The notes beneath the pieces were generated by a model. That model searched no databases. It worked only from the letters and a program-made list of their open reading frames with translations, and had not been told where the DNA came from. DNA of 64,000 bases from Trueperaceae bacterium (GTDB taxonomy: Bacteria; Deinococcota; Deinococci; Deinococcales; Trueperaceae): positions 2,080,001-2,144,000 of the forward strand of contig OZ243956.1 of NCBI GenBank assembly GCA_965214405.1, given 5' to 3'. This document shows, in pieces, positions 20,141 through 29,927 of this stretch (position 1 is the stretch's first letter; each line of letters starts with the position of its first letter). The position numbers were made by a program, and so were the translations under genes.

Positions 20141-21184
20141 TTAGCGCGTCGGCAAATCCAGCTTATGCGCCGCGAACTTTTCTTCCAAAAACCTGCCGTG
20201 GACGAGGAGCCCTTGTGCGTCCTCCTGGTACACGCTCGCCATGAGGTTTTGCATGGTGCTGTCTAGCAGCTCGAGCTGCTCCAGCAAGGTTTCCTTGGCG
20301 GTCTTGCCGTTACGCAACTTTTTCGTTTCGGCGAAGCCTTTGGGCAGCGCGGCGTAGCGTTCGACCGCGTCGGGTAGATACTCCAGGGCCGTTTGCCGCA
20401 CATTGTAAACGTCTTGGGTGAGCCCGCTCCCGCGCTCTAATTGAGGCAGCACCGCCAGCACCGCCACTTTGATGCTCCGCACCCTCGTCAGCGCCTCGTC
20501 AGGTAGACTCGCCTGCGCGTGCGCCTCGGTCTCCTCCAATTTGCGCCGCACCTCGCGGGTGGGGTCGCCGCCGAAATGCGCTGCTAAGTCCTGCAAGCGC
20601 TCCGACGAGCGGGAGATGGTGTTTTCGTAGAGGTCGCCGACGGCGCGCTCTAGGGAGGTCTCGAGCAGGCTCAGGTCGTCCAAAAGTTTCTGCTCGGGCG
20701 TCATGCCGCCGCCCAACCGGTGCGTCTCGGCGTAGGTTTTGGGTAGCGTCAGGTAGCTCTCTAAGGTATCGGGAAAATAGGTGAGCGTCGCTTCTTTGAG
20801 CGTCGCCAATTCGGGGTCGCGCTTGGCGCTCACCTCTTTTAGCTTGGGCAGGAGCGCTTCAGCGTTTTCATACACGCTGTTGACTTTCGTTAAAACGGGC
20901 GGCGATACCCTGCCGCGCGCGGCGCTGACCACTTCGCGCAGCCGCACCTCGCCCACGGACACGCGCCCCCTTTTGGGCTGACGCGGCTCGACGGGAATCA
21001 CAAACATGAGTAGGAAGTAGAGCGGCACGGCGATCCCGCTCGTAAAGAAAAAGGTGGCGACAAAAAGGAGGCGAATGAGTTTGCTGGACACGCCGAAGTA
21101 GTCGGCAATACCCCCACAGACCCCGGCCACTTTGCGGTCGCTGCGGCTACGCTCGAGCTTTTTAGAACGCACCATCGTCATCAT
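20141..21184 (-). CDS. PspC-domain protein with a tandem duplicated C-terminal helical domain
   Basis: LERSRSDRKVAGVCGGIADYFG (PspC), then two YxPD..Y..LP..A repeats. Confidence 0.8.
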   Translation of the reverse strand: MMTMVRSKKLERSRSDRKVAGVCGGIADYFGVSSKLIRLLFVATFFFTSGIAVPLYFLLMFVIPVEPRQPKRGRVSVGEVRLREVVSAARGRVSPPVLTKVNSVYENAEALLPKLKEVSAKRDPELATLKEATLTYFPDTLESYLTLPKTYAETHRLGGGMTPEQKLLDDLSLLETSLERAVGDLYENTISRSSERLQDLAAHFGGDPTREVRRKLEETEAHAQASLPDEALTRVRSIKVAVLAVLPQLERGSGLTQDVYNVRQTALEYLPDAVERYAALPKGFAETKKLRNGKTAKETLLEQLELLDSTMQNLMASVYQEDAQGLLVHGRFLEEKFAAHKLDLPTR

Positions 21185-21421
21185 GCCCGCATTCTAGCAA
21201 GAAAGCCTCCCGGAAAACGTCATCCGAAAGGAGGATGTTGAACCTGGTTTGAATATTCAGGCCTTACATTGGGTCAGCGTTTAGGCAAATTTGAGGTGAA
21301 ACAACGGTACTTGTATGTTGTTCTTGGGTTAAGAATAAGGCCGAATCGGTACTTAAGCATTCCTGGCTCGTTGCTGAGAGTGGCCTGCTCCCACCCACCA
21401 TCAGGACTTGGGAGCTCAAGA

Positions 21422-21688
21422 TTAGGCGAGCTCCCACGGTTTCTCGAGCCTGAGCTGCGTACTCTCGAAAAGTTCGCGCACGTCCTCAACCACGAGTTGC
21501 AGTGTCTGGGGTTCGCCCCGCGTCATGGCGAGCTCGAAGTCGAGCTGGAGCGCCCGAAGATAGTTTTTGATAAAGGCGGCCATCTCTCCGTCCAAAGAGA
21601 CACTGTGGCGGCCCAAGAGGTCGCTGAGTGACCCCGACGTTTCCTCGAGGGACCGCCTGAGTTCGTTGAATGGATGACTCCTTCTCAT
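21422..21688 (-). CDS. Small hypothetical protein (88 aa)
   Basis: GGGGGA RBS 5 nt before the ATG at 21688; helical composition. Confidence 0.5.
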   Translation of the reverse strand: MRRSHPFNELRRSLEETSGSLSDLLGRHSVSLDGEMAAFIKNYLRALQLDFELAMTRGEPQTLQLVVEDVRELFESTQLRLEKPWELA

Positions 21689-22178
21689 GTTGTTCCCCCA
21701 GAGAGCTACAGTGGGTTTCGAGACGCTGGTACATAACGCGGGGAGTGCCGCAGCGCGGACCTCATTTGTACTCAATGTTATGTGAACCGTTTTTATGGTC
21801 GTCGAGGGTCGGCGGCGTCGGACCAAAACCGACGAAGCCCTAAATTTTTGGGTACCAAATGCTCCCGTTCATTTATCATATAATAGGCAAACGATGAGGC
21901 AAAGGGAAGTCACCCGTGTACTTGACATCCTGGTATTTGTGTATATCAGCACCGGTCACGGCGTCTTATAAAACCTTCACTTTCGCGCTGCGCCTTAGAA
22001 CTACGTTTGAAGCTACGGCTCAGACGGCTCCCTTGCAACCGAGGTAGACGCAGGTTTCCAGGCTGACGGTGGTCTAAGTCGGTCGGGTCACGCAGGCCAG
22101 CACCTGTACCCTATACTATCCTTGTACTGTTACGGTTACGACGTAATGAGCGGCTCGAGCCGCCCCCAGGAGGTCATC

Positions 22179-22418
22179 ATGACGACACCATCACGAGAAG
22201 ACAACCGTAGAGACCGGAGCAGCGTGTGGGGCTTCGCCGTGGGCATAGGCGCGTGCGCGGTCGCCATCGTCGCTATTCCCCTCACCTTTTGGTTTGGCAC
22301 CGTGAACCACTGGCTGATTTTCGCCCTCGCCTTTGTGGGCGGCGCGCTCCTGGGCGCGCTCTTTGCGCCGCGGGCCTTGACGCCCCCAAAAGCGTCTCGC
22401 CCGCCCGCCGACACTTGA
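22179..22418 (+). CDS. Small two-TM membrane protein
   Basis: AGGAGG RBS; two hydrophobic segments. Confidence 0.6.
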   Translation: MTTPSREDNRRDRSSVWGFAVGIGACAVAIVAIPLTFWFGTVNHWLIFALAFVGGALLGALFAPRALTPPKASRPPADT

Positions 22419-22421
22419 GGG

Positions 22422-22820
22422 ATGACGAGAGAACGCGCTCCGGCCCTCGTCGCGGTCGCCCTCGCGGGGCTGGTGGTCCTTTTGACGGGCCGCCTCGCCG
22501 CGGGTTTGCTGGTCGGGGCGGCGCTGTGGGTGGGGCTGCGTTATGTTTGGCCCGGAGCGGGATTCGAAGACGACTTCCCAGCGCCCGACATACGAGGGGG
22601 AGGCTCGAGCCCCCGCGCCACCCCCACCCCCATCGAGGTCGTCTGCAAAACGGTCACCCCCATGCGGCAGGAGTGGGCGTCGGCCAAGACAGGACGCTTG
22701 TACGACGTGCTGAGCGTCAACGGCCTACCGAACGCCGCGCCGGGCGACAGAGGCTACGTGACCCTGACGCCGACGGGCTGGCGCATCACCAAATATAAAA
22801 ACGTTTCTGAAAGAGGCTGA
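22422..22820 (+). CDS. Membrane-anchored hypothetical protein
   Basis: N-terminal TM hairpin, Pro/Gly linker, small beta-rich C-terminus; 3 nt after the upstream stop. Confidence 0.6.
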   Translation: MTRERAPALVAVALAGLVVLLTGRLAAGLLVGAALWVGLRYVWPGAGFEDDFPAPDIRGGGSSPRATPTPIEVVCKTVTPMRQEWASAKTGRLYDVLSVNGLPNAAPGDRGYVTLTPTGWRITKYKNVSERG

Positions 22821-22977
22821 GTAGGGAGGGGAAGTCTTCTCTCGAGACTCCGCTTACGCACCCATCTCTAGCAGATAAGGGTAGCCTAAAGAACGAGCTT
22901 TCGACTTCACTTTTTACTCGGTACTCAGCACTTTTTTACTCTCCACCTCGGTCAATCCAACGGCTGCTTAACCGCGT

Positions 22978-24465
22978 TCAGAATGTCCGGCTCCACGCCT
23001 TAGGCCAGCGCTCGACCACCACTTTCGTCTCCGTATAAAACTCGACCCCGTGCCGCCCCTGCGCGTGCAGGTCGCCAAAAAACGAATCACCCCAACCCGA
23101 GAATGGATAGAACGCCATCGGCGCGGCCACGCCCAAATTGATGCCGACGTTGCCCGAGCGCACCCCGTAGCGAAAGGCCCGTGCCGCCGCGCCCGACGAG
23201 GTAAACAAACACGCCTGATTGCCGAAGCCGCGGTTGTTGACCATCTCAATGGCTTCGTCAATGTTAGCAGCGTGCATCATCGACAAGACGGGGCCAAAGA
23301 TTTCGGTGTGGGCAAAGTCGCTTTTGGGATTCACGTCACCCAGCACCGTCGGATGAACGAAGTAGCCGTTGCTAAAGCCGTCGACTTCCTTGCCGCGACC
23401 GTCTAATAGGAGGTCGGCTCCCTCTCGAGCGCCCCTGTCGATCAGCCCCTCGATGCGCGCCTTGCTCTCCGCGCTAATCACGGGTCCCATCGCCACGTCA
23501 TCATTTAGGCCATAGCCGACTCGGCGCGTCCCCGCGTCCTCCAAAATCCGCTCGGTAAAAGGCTCCTTGGCCTCCCCCACCGTGATCGCCACCGAGGTTG
23601 CCAAACAGCGCTGACCCGCGCAGCCGAAAGCGGAGTCGGCGAGGATGCGCGTCGCCATCTCCATGTCGGCGTCGGGGAGGACGACCGCCGGGTTTTTCGC
23701 GCCCCCCTGACACTGCGCCCTTTTGCCGTTGGCGGTCGCGCGGCTGTAGATGTAGCGGGCCACGGGCGTCGAGCCAACGAACGACACCGCTCGTACGAGA
23801 GGATGGTCTAACAGCGCGTCCACCGCCTCTTTACCGCCGTTCACCAGGCCGACGACGCCCTTGGGAAAGCCCGCGCGCTCCAAGAGCCCATAAAGCTTCT
23901 GCGTCGTCAGGGGTACTTTTTCGCTCGGCTTGAGGATGAACGCGTTGCCCGTCGCCACCGCGTAGGGCAAAAACCAGAGCGGGATCATCGCGGGAAAGTT
24001 GAAAGGCGTGATCGCCGCGACCACGCCCAGGGGCTGCCGGAACATGTGCTCGTCGATGCCACGCGCGATATCCTCGTTGTTGTAGCCCTGCATCATCAGG
24101 GGCGTCCCGCAGGCCACCTCGACATTTTCGATGCCGCGGCGGATTTCTCCCAAGGATTCTTTGAACGTTTTGCCGCACTCGAGCGTGAGCGTGCGCGCCA
24201 AGTCGTCAAGATTCTCTTCAAGTAAGTTTTTGAGCTTGAAAAGCGGCTGGATGCGGTCGGTCACGGGCGTCATGCGCCAGTCCTCGAACGCTTTTGCCGC
24301 CGCCCGGACCGCCTCGTCCACCTCGTCTTTGGCGCTTAAGGGCACCGCCGCGATCACTTCCGCCGTCGCGGGGTTGTGAACGTCCTGGTAATCACTCGTC
24401 TTGGAACGCGTCCACTCGCCGCCGATAAAGTTGAGCAACGCTTCTTTGCCTGCCGCTACGGTCAT
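22978..24465 (-). CDS. mmsA: CoA-acylating methylmalonate-semialdehyde dehydrogenase
   Basis: ITPFNFP, KPSE, SFVGST, GAKN, AGQRC and EIFGP motifs. Confidence 0.88.
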   Translation of the reverse strand: MTVAAGKEALLNFIGGEWTRSKTSDYQDVHNPATAEVIAAVPLSAKDEVDEAVRAAAKAFEDWRMTPVTDRIQPLFKLKNLLEENLDDLARTLTLECGKTFKESLGEIRRGIENVEVACGTPLMMQGYNNEDIARGIDEHMFRQPLGVVAAITPFNFPAMIPLWFLPYAVATGNAFILKPSEKVPLTTQKLYGLLERAGFPKGVVGLVNGGKEAVDALLDHPLVRAVSFVGSTPVARYIYSRATANGKRAQCQGGAKNPAVVLPDADMEMATRILADSAFGCAGQRCLATSVAITVGEAKEPFTERILEDAGTRRVGYGLNDDVAMGPVISAESKARIEGLIDRGAREGADLLLDGRGKEVDGFSNGYFVHPTVLGDVNPKSDFAHTEIFGPVLSMMHAANIDEAIEMVNNRGFGNQACLFTSSGAAARAFRYGVRSGNVGINLGVAAPMAFYPFSGWGDSFFGDLHAQGRHGVEFYTETKVVVERWPKAWSRTF

Positions 24466-24623
24466 GGTGTCTCCTCCAGAAATTAACTTAGCGCCATCTT
24501 ACCCGACGCGGGTGTTGTGACTCCAAAATCGCTATGGTCAGCTCGAGCCCCACCCGCTTCCCAACAACCTTTTGCAGCGTCACAACAGAAGGTAAACTAA
24601 GCCCGAAAAGGAGTTGAGTTACC

Positions 24624-25691
24624 ATAAAAACACACATCTTTAATCCACAAGAGGCAACCGACGCCGACTTTAGGGCCATTAACAAGCACTTCAACCTCTT
24701 GCGCGCCGAGACGCACCCGGACGACCCGCCGCGCTCGCTCGAGTACACCGTCAAAAATCTCAAGAGTTGGGAAAAGCTTGACGACGTAGACGTAATGTTA
24801 TGGGTTGTATGGGAGGACAAGAACGAAAGCAAAGATAGAACAGTCGTGGCGCACGCGCTGACGGACGTCGCACACATGAACGAAAACAAACACCTGATGG
24901 GTGCTGAAATCGCCGTTTTACCCGAGTACAGACGTCAGGGTTTGACAAATGGGCTGCTACACAAGGTGCTGGAGGTTGCCCAGGCGGAGAACCGCACCCT
25001 AATGATAGGTGTCACAAACACCCGCGTTCCGGCTGGTGCTGCTTTTGTCAAAAAACTGAACGCTCGAACGGGCATCGAGGCACATATAAATCAACTGGTT
25101 CTGGCCGACCTCGAGCCCGATCTCCTCCGCCGCTGGCAGAAAGATGCAAAAACGACGGCAAGCGATTTTGAGCTGGGGCTGTGGACGATACCCTATCCAG
25201 AAGAAGAAATTGGAGCCATCGCGGCCATGTACGAGGTGATGAATACCGAACCGAGAGGCGACCTGGAGATTGAGGACCACACCGTCGCCCCCAAGGATTT
25301 GCGCCAGGACGAAGCCTATTTTGCGGCTCGAGGGGTCGAACGCTGGACGCTCTACGCAAGACATCAACCTTCGGGGGAGCTTGCGGGCTACACCGAAGTC
25401 TTTTGGGACGCGGAGGAGCCGGAGAATGTTCGGCAGGGCGACACGGGCGTCTTGCCCAAGTACCGGGGTCACGGCCTCGGCAAGTGGCTCAAGGCGGCGA
25501 TGTTGGAAAAAGTTTTGCGCGAGCGCCCCCAGGTCAAACGCGTCCGCACCGGCAACGCCGACTCGAACGCGCCGATGCTCGCCATCAACCGCGCATTAGG
25601 GTTTAAGCCTTATTTATCGGAAACGGTATGGCAGTTGGGGCGGGAGGCGTTAGAGGCGTATTTGACAGCTAAGCCAGCGAACAAGGTTTAG
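24624..25691 (+). CDS. Tandem GNAT N-acetyltransferase; start uncertain (first canonical TTG at 24699)
   Basis: Two acetyl-CoA motifs (YRRQGL, YRGHGLG) and NAPMLAINRALGF; frame open back to 24618 beside the AAGGAG RBS. Confidence 0.8.
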   Translation: MKTHIFNPQEATDADFRAINKHFNLLRAETHPDDPPRSLEYTVKNLKSWEKLDDVDVMLWVVWEDKNESKDRTVVAHALTDVAHMNENKHLMGAEIAVLPEYRRQGLTNGLLHKVLEVAQAENRTLMIGVTNTRVPAGAAFVKKLNARTGIEAHINQLVLADLEPDLLRRWQKDAKTTASDFELGLWTIPYPEEEIGAIAAMYEVMNTEPRGDLEIEDHTVAPKDLRQDEAYFAARGVERWTLYARHQPSGELAGYTEVFWDAEEPENVRQGDTGVLPKYRGHGLGKWLKAAMLEKVLRERPQVKRVRTGNADSNAPMLAINRALGFKPYLSETVWQLGREALEAYLTAKPANKV

Positions 25692-25717
25692 CGCCCTGCG
25701 ACTCTACACTGGAAAGC

Positions 25718-26782
25718 GTGAAGCGCGTAGGGCAATCCGTAGGCGGCGGCGTGGTCGCTCTCGCCGTCCTTTTGGGGCTTGGGGCGCTGGTCGCATCACC
25801 GGGTTTGGTCGAGCGGGACTACTCGAGATTCCTCTACCCCCAGGTCACGCGCCTCGTCGTGCCCCTCACCTCTCCCCTGCCGTTTTCGCTAGGCGCGCTC
25901 ATGCTCATGCTACTGCCGCTCTCTCTCCTCACGTGGCTGGTCACAAGCTGGCGACGCCGCGAACGCGCCGCCCCGTGGCTCAGAACCTGGGCGTGGCGCG
26001 GGCTCGTCATCGCCGCCCTTGTTTACGGCTGGTTTCTGGTCGCGTGGGGCGCGAATTACGGACGCGAACCTGTGACGGCGCTACTGGGGCTGACGCAAAC
26101 GGACGCCCTTCAAAGGCCCGTCAACGAAGGTGAGGTGGAGGCGCTGGCGCGTTTCTTCGGTGAGGTGGTATGGGAGAATGTCGGTAGCGACCGGGACGAG
26201 GCGCTGGCTCTGGCGTCCGTGCGGACGTCTTTGGTCCGGCTCCTCGAGACCTACGATTTGACCGATTTAGACGTTCCCGCGCGCGTCAAGAGCTTGCCGC
26301 CCGGCACGCTGCTCACCTTTGGCTACGCGGGCATCGCGTCGCCGTTTACGCTCGAGGCCCACATAGACGGCGGCTTGACAAGCGTGTCCAAAGTCGCGGT
26401 GGCCGCGCACGAACTCACGCATACGGCGGGGTTTGCGCGGGAGGCCGACACGGATTTCTTATCGGCCTTGGCCGGACTCCGCGCGGACGACCCTTACGCG
26501 CGCTACGCGGTGGCGCTGAGTTTTTTTGCGAAAACCGCGGGAGCGTTACCCGGAGAGGCGTACAACGCGCTTTACGGTTCGCTCCCCGAGGAGGCCAAAC
26601 GAGACTTGGCCGAGATGCGGGAGGTGGCTATCCGTTACTACAAACCTGCACTCGCGCGGCCTCTCTCGAGCCTCTACGACCGCTATTTGCGCTCGCAGGG
26701 TGTGGAGGCTGGCATAAGAGATTACGACCGCGTGGTGACGCTGCTCGTTTACGCGCGGCAGCGCGGGCTTTTGGAGGACTAG
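25718..26782 (+). CDS. DUF3810-like membrane zincin protein
   Basis: TM segments, WGANY, PFTLEA, HELTH..GFAREAD. Confidence 0.75.
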   Translation: MKRVGQSVGGGVVALAVLLGLGALVASPGLVERDYSRFLYPQVTRLVVPLTSPLPFSLGALMLMLLPLSLLTWLVTSWRRRERAAPWLRTWAWRGLVIAALVYGWFLVAWGANYGREPVTALLGLTQTDALQRPVNEGEVEALARFFGEVVWENVGSDRDEALALASVRTSLVRLLETYDLTDLDVPARVKSLPPGTLLTFGYAGIASPFTLEAHIDGGLTSVSKVAVAAHELTHTAGFAREADTDFLSALAGLRADDPYARYAVALSFFAKTAGALPGEAYNALYGSLPEEAKRDLAEMREVAIRYYKPALARPLSSLYDRYLRSQGVEAGIRDYDRVVTLLVYARQRGLLED

Positions 26783-26785
26783 CTG

Positions 26786-27862
26786 ATGATGCCCCTTATC
26801 CACCTCACCGGAACACCTTTTGAGCAGGGCGTGCAGCACGGGCAACAGCTCAGGGAGGGAATCGCGCAAAACCTCGAGGTGTACATGAAGCGCTTCAAGG
26901 AGGAGGTGAAGCTCTCTCGAGACGAAGTCTTGCGCCGCGCGACCGCCTATGCGGAGGCTATTCAAGCTCAAAACGCCGATTACTACGAGACGATGCAGGG
27001 CGTCGCCCAAGGTTCTGGCTTCGGCCTCGCCGAAATTGCCGCGCTCAACGTCCGCTACGAAATTCTCTACTACGAGTTTGGCGTGGGAGGCGCGGCCAAC
27101 CTTCCCGACGGCTGCACCGCCTTTGCTTTGGCACCCTCAGCGACCGCCACCAAGCACCTGCTCATGGGTCAAAACTGGGACTGGATTCCGCAGGTGGCGG
27201 GGGCGGTGCTGCGTACAGACCATTCAAACGGCCCCGCCACCCTCGCCTTTACCGAAGCGGGCATCGTGGGCGGCAAAATCGGCCTGAACAGCGCGGGGCT
27301 GGGCCTCGCCATCAACGGCATGACGACCCTGGATGACGATTGGGAAACGCTGCGCAAACCTTTTCACGTGCGCTGCTACGAAATCCTGCGGCAGGAGAAT
27401 TTTGAGGCGACCAAGGGGGTGGTGACGGAGGAGGCTCGAGCCTGCACCGCAAACTTTATCCTCGCAGGAACGCCCGACCAGATAGTGGATTTAGAGGCTG
27501 CACCGGAGCGGGTGAACGCGCTTAGCGCTACCCAAGGCCTCCTCGTCCACGCCAACCACTTCGCCGACCCTGAGAGGATGCGCGAGGCCCCGAGCGAACG
27601 CCGCGAGTATTCGTGCCACCGCGAGGCGCGCCTGCACGCGCTCCTGAGCCCTGGGCAAGCCCTGAGCATCCCCCAAATCAAGGAGGCGCTGCGCGACCAC
27701 GACGGCCACCCCAACTCGGTCTGCCGCCACGAAGACCCCGACTACGGCCCGGAGGAGCATTACATCACCGTGACGTCAGTGCTGATGGATTTGGATACCA
27801 AGACGATGTGGCTGAGTGACGGTCCGCCTTGTGAAAATGCGTATGAGGAAGTTAGTCTTTAA
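26786..27862 (+). CDS. C45 family Ntn-hydrolase (acyl-CoA:IPN acyltransferase-like)
   Basis: LNVRYE, autocleavage GCT, GQNWDW, GLNSAGL and HANHF motifs. Confidence 0.85.
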   Translation: MMPLIHLTGTPFEQGVQHGQQLREGIAQNLEVYMKRFKEEVKLSRDEVLRRATAYAEAIQAQNADYYETMQGVAQGSGFGLAEIAALNVRYEILYYEFGVGGAANLPDGCTAFALAPSATATKHLLMGQNWDWIPQVAGAVLRTDHSNGPATLAFTEAGIVGGKIGLNSAGLGLAINGMTTLDDDWETLRKPFHVRCYEILRQENFEATKGVVTEEARACTANFILAGTPDQIVDLEAAPERVNALSATQGLLVHANHFADPERMREAPSERREYSCHREARLHALLSPGQALSIPQIKEALRDHDGHPNSVCRHEDPDYGPEEHYITVTSVLMDLDTKTMWLSDGPPCENAYEEVSL

Positions 27863-27867
27863 GACCC

Positions 27868-28254
27868 TCAACTCGAGAGTGGGTGCAAGCTTATGTTAGC
27901 GACATCTTCAAAATCTCGAGCGTTAAATGTGACGAGCGTAATGTTGTGAATCAAGGCGGTTGCAGCGATGATGGCGTCAGGAACAAGAATGGGTTTATTT
28001 GATTCCTTACCGTGAAGGATAATCTCACCCGCTTTGTCAGCAACGGCAACGTCTACGTCGAAACTAACGAAGCGCGAGAGTAACTTTTTAGTGCTGGCCT
28101 GTTCATCTGGGTGAGCCCCCGCTTTAATCTCGAGCCTCGTTACGGTTGAGATACAGAGGCGGTTAGTTTTACCCAAAGCTCGCAGCAACTGCACCGTACT
28201 TTTTTGCCCCCGCAAATGGCGGATTAACAAACCCGTATCCAGTAAGTAACGCAA
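27868..28254 (-). CDS. VapC-family PIN toxin
   Basis: LLDT..., E, PDAIIAATA and TFNARDF acidic PIN motifs. Confidence 0.88.
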   Translation of the reverse strand: MRYLLDTGLLIRHLRGQKSTVQLLRALGKTNRLCISTVTRLEIKAGAHPDEQASTKKLLSRFVSFDVDVAVADKAGEIILHGKESNKPILVPDAIIAATALIHNITLVTFNARDFEDVANISLHPLSS

Positions 28255-28257
28255 AAG

Positions 28258-28509
28258 CTATCCCCAGCTTTGGCGGGACTCTTTAAGCCACTCGTTTATA
28301 CCTTCATCATCTCCCATGTCCGGGTGATGTTCCAAAGACCATGCGCCCGCGGTTTCCTCGAGGGCGGCTACTTGCTCAACGAGGGAAAGGTGCTCCTCGA
28401 TGGCCTCTTTTATGAAAAGGCTACGTTTACGGCTGGGTACGGTTTTATTTAGGCGCTCGAGCAGCCCCTTGGGTAGGGTGACGGTAACCTTTTGATGGTC
28501 TAAAGACAT
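28258..28509 (-). CDS. Ribbon-helix-helix antitoxin
   Basis: VTVTLP..LL..L...RS.FI.EAI RHH pattern; directly upstream of the PIN toxin. Confidence 0.82.
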   Translation of the reverse strand: MSLDHQKVTVTLPKGLLERLNKTVPSRKRSLFIKEAIEEHLSLVEQVAALEETAGAWSLEHHPDMGDDEGINEWLKESRQSWG

Positions 28510-28552
28510 CTAGCTGGACCTCCTGTCAAACATCTAGTTTATTATAGGGTAC

Positions 28553-29682
28553 CTCAGTACACGACAGATTTGAAATAAAGGGCTCTCCAGTGAAGAATGG
28601 ATGTTGCGAGACACCACTTCAAGGGAGAGCATATGAAGCATACCGGGTTGCTGGCACAGTTGAAAGCGAGCGGCTTAAAGCTGCACCCGTCACGGCTTAA
28701 GTTCTTGAGCTTGTTGATGATCGCGATGGTGCAGGCAAAGACGGTGAACTTGGCGACGTTGGTAGGCATGATGGAGGGCAGAGCCCAGCCGGACTCGCTT
28801 TACAGACGGGCGCAACGGTTTTTCCAAGGCTTGCACTTGGCCGATGAGACAGTTTTCAGGTACGCGCTGAGTCTAGGTCCCAAGCGAAGCTACAGCCTGT
28901 GCCTAGACCGGACGAACTGGAAGTTTGGCAAACTCGACATCAACATCTTGACCCTGGCTTATGCGCATGAGGGCGTAGCGGTTCCCTTACTGTGGTGTCT
29001 TTTGCCCAAGGCTGGCAACTCCGCCACGCAAGAACGCATTACGCTTTTGGAGCGTTTGCTAAAACTTTTGCCCGTAGACCAGCTAGAGGTGCTGCTAGCC
29101 GATAGGGAGTTCATCGGGGGCGACTGGTTCGCTTATCTTGAGCGTAAGCACATCCCTTTCGTTATCCGCGTGCGTAAAGACGCTCTCGGTGATGGCTGGT
29201 TTCATCTGTTCGGCTTTTTCCAGCATCTACCTGTGGGTGAGCACAAGGTACTTAAACAGCGCTACACTGTCTTTGGTGTTGAGCTTGGGGTTGCAGGCGC
29301 GCGTTTAGAGGGTGGAGAATACATCATCGTCGTCACCAACCGCAATCCTAAGCAGGCCCTCGCAAGCTACGCGAAGCGCTGGCAGATAGAATGCTTGTTC
29401 AAAGCCTTGAAAAGCAGCGGCTTTGACTTTGAAGCTACGCATCTCAAGCACCTAGAGCGCATTAACACCTTACTTGTCGTTGTGACCCTGGCTTTCTTAT
29501 GGGCCTTGAAAGTCGGAGCATTTGTTCACCGTCAGCTCAAACCTGTTCGAATGAAGTCGCACGGGCGCAAGCAGAAGTCTTTATTCCGGGCAGGCTTAGA
29601 CCATCTCAGGCATCTGCTCACCAACTCGGCAACCAAAAAGCCTGACCTGGACCGCTGTTTTCGGCTTTTGTCGTGTACTTAG
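28553..29682 (+). mobile_element. IS4-family insertion sequence (1130 bp)
   Basis: TIRs CTCAGTACACGACA / CTAAGTACACGACA; 9-bp target duplication ATAGGGTAC at 28544-28552 and 29683-29691. Confidence 0.92.
28597..29682 (+). CDS. IS4-family DDE transposase
   Basis: LDRTNW, ADREF, YAKRWQIECLFKALKS (YREK motif). Confidence 0.93.
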   Translation: MDVARHHFKGEHMKHTGLLAQLKASGLKLHPSRLKFLSLLMIAMVQAKTVNLATLVGMMEGRAQPDSLYRRAQRFFQGLHLADETVFRYALSLGPKRSYSLCLDRTNWKFGKLDINILTLAYAHEGVAVPLLWCLLPKAGNSATQERITLLERLLKLLPVDQLEVLLADREFIGGDWFAYLERKHIPFVIRVRKDALGDGWFHLFGFFQHLPVGEHKVLKQRYTVFGVELGVAGARLEGGEYIIVVTNRNPKQALASYAKRWQIECLFKALKSSGFDFEATHLKHLERINTLLVVVTLAFLWALKVGAFVHRQLKPVRMKSHGRKQKSLFRAGLDHLRHLLTNSATKKPDLDRCFRLLSCT

Positions 29683-29722
29683 ATAGGGTACTACACTCCT
29701 GGAACCTTCTTTCGCCCTATAG

Positions 29723-29909
29723 CAGGGCTTACGCATGTGAGTCTAAAATGAGCTTCTGAGCTTTGCTCGTTAAGCTTCTTTGGTGACACAACATTGCCGA
29801 GAGAATAACAAGTTCCCCTTTCACTGCATAAAGTTCTATAACTTTTTGGCGGGAGACTTTCGGAACTCAGGTAATATGTGCCGTCTAAGTTCCACATGCG
29901 TAAGCCCTG
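29723..29909. mobile_element. MITE (187 bp, non-autonomous)
   Basis: Perfect 17-bp TIR CAGGGCTTACGCATGTG; degenerate flanking direct repeat TCGCCCTATAG / CCGCCCTATGG; AT-rich non-coding interior. Confidence 0.8.
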
Positions 29910-29927
29910 CCGCCCTATGGCAAGCGT

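Noticed and set aside
21885..21920. GGCAAAC...GCAAAG resembling a c-di-GMP-I riboswitch
   Set aside because: No P2 stem with a GNRA loop and no P3 stem can be formed
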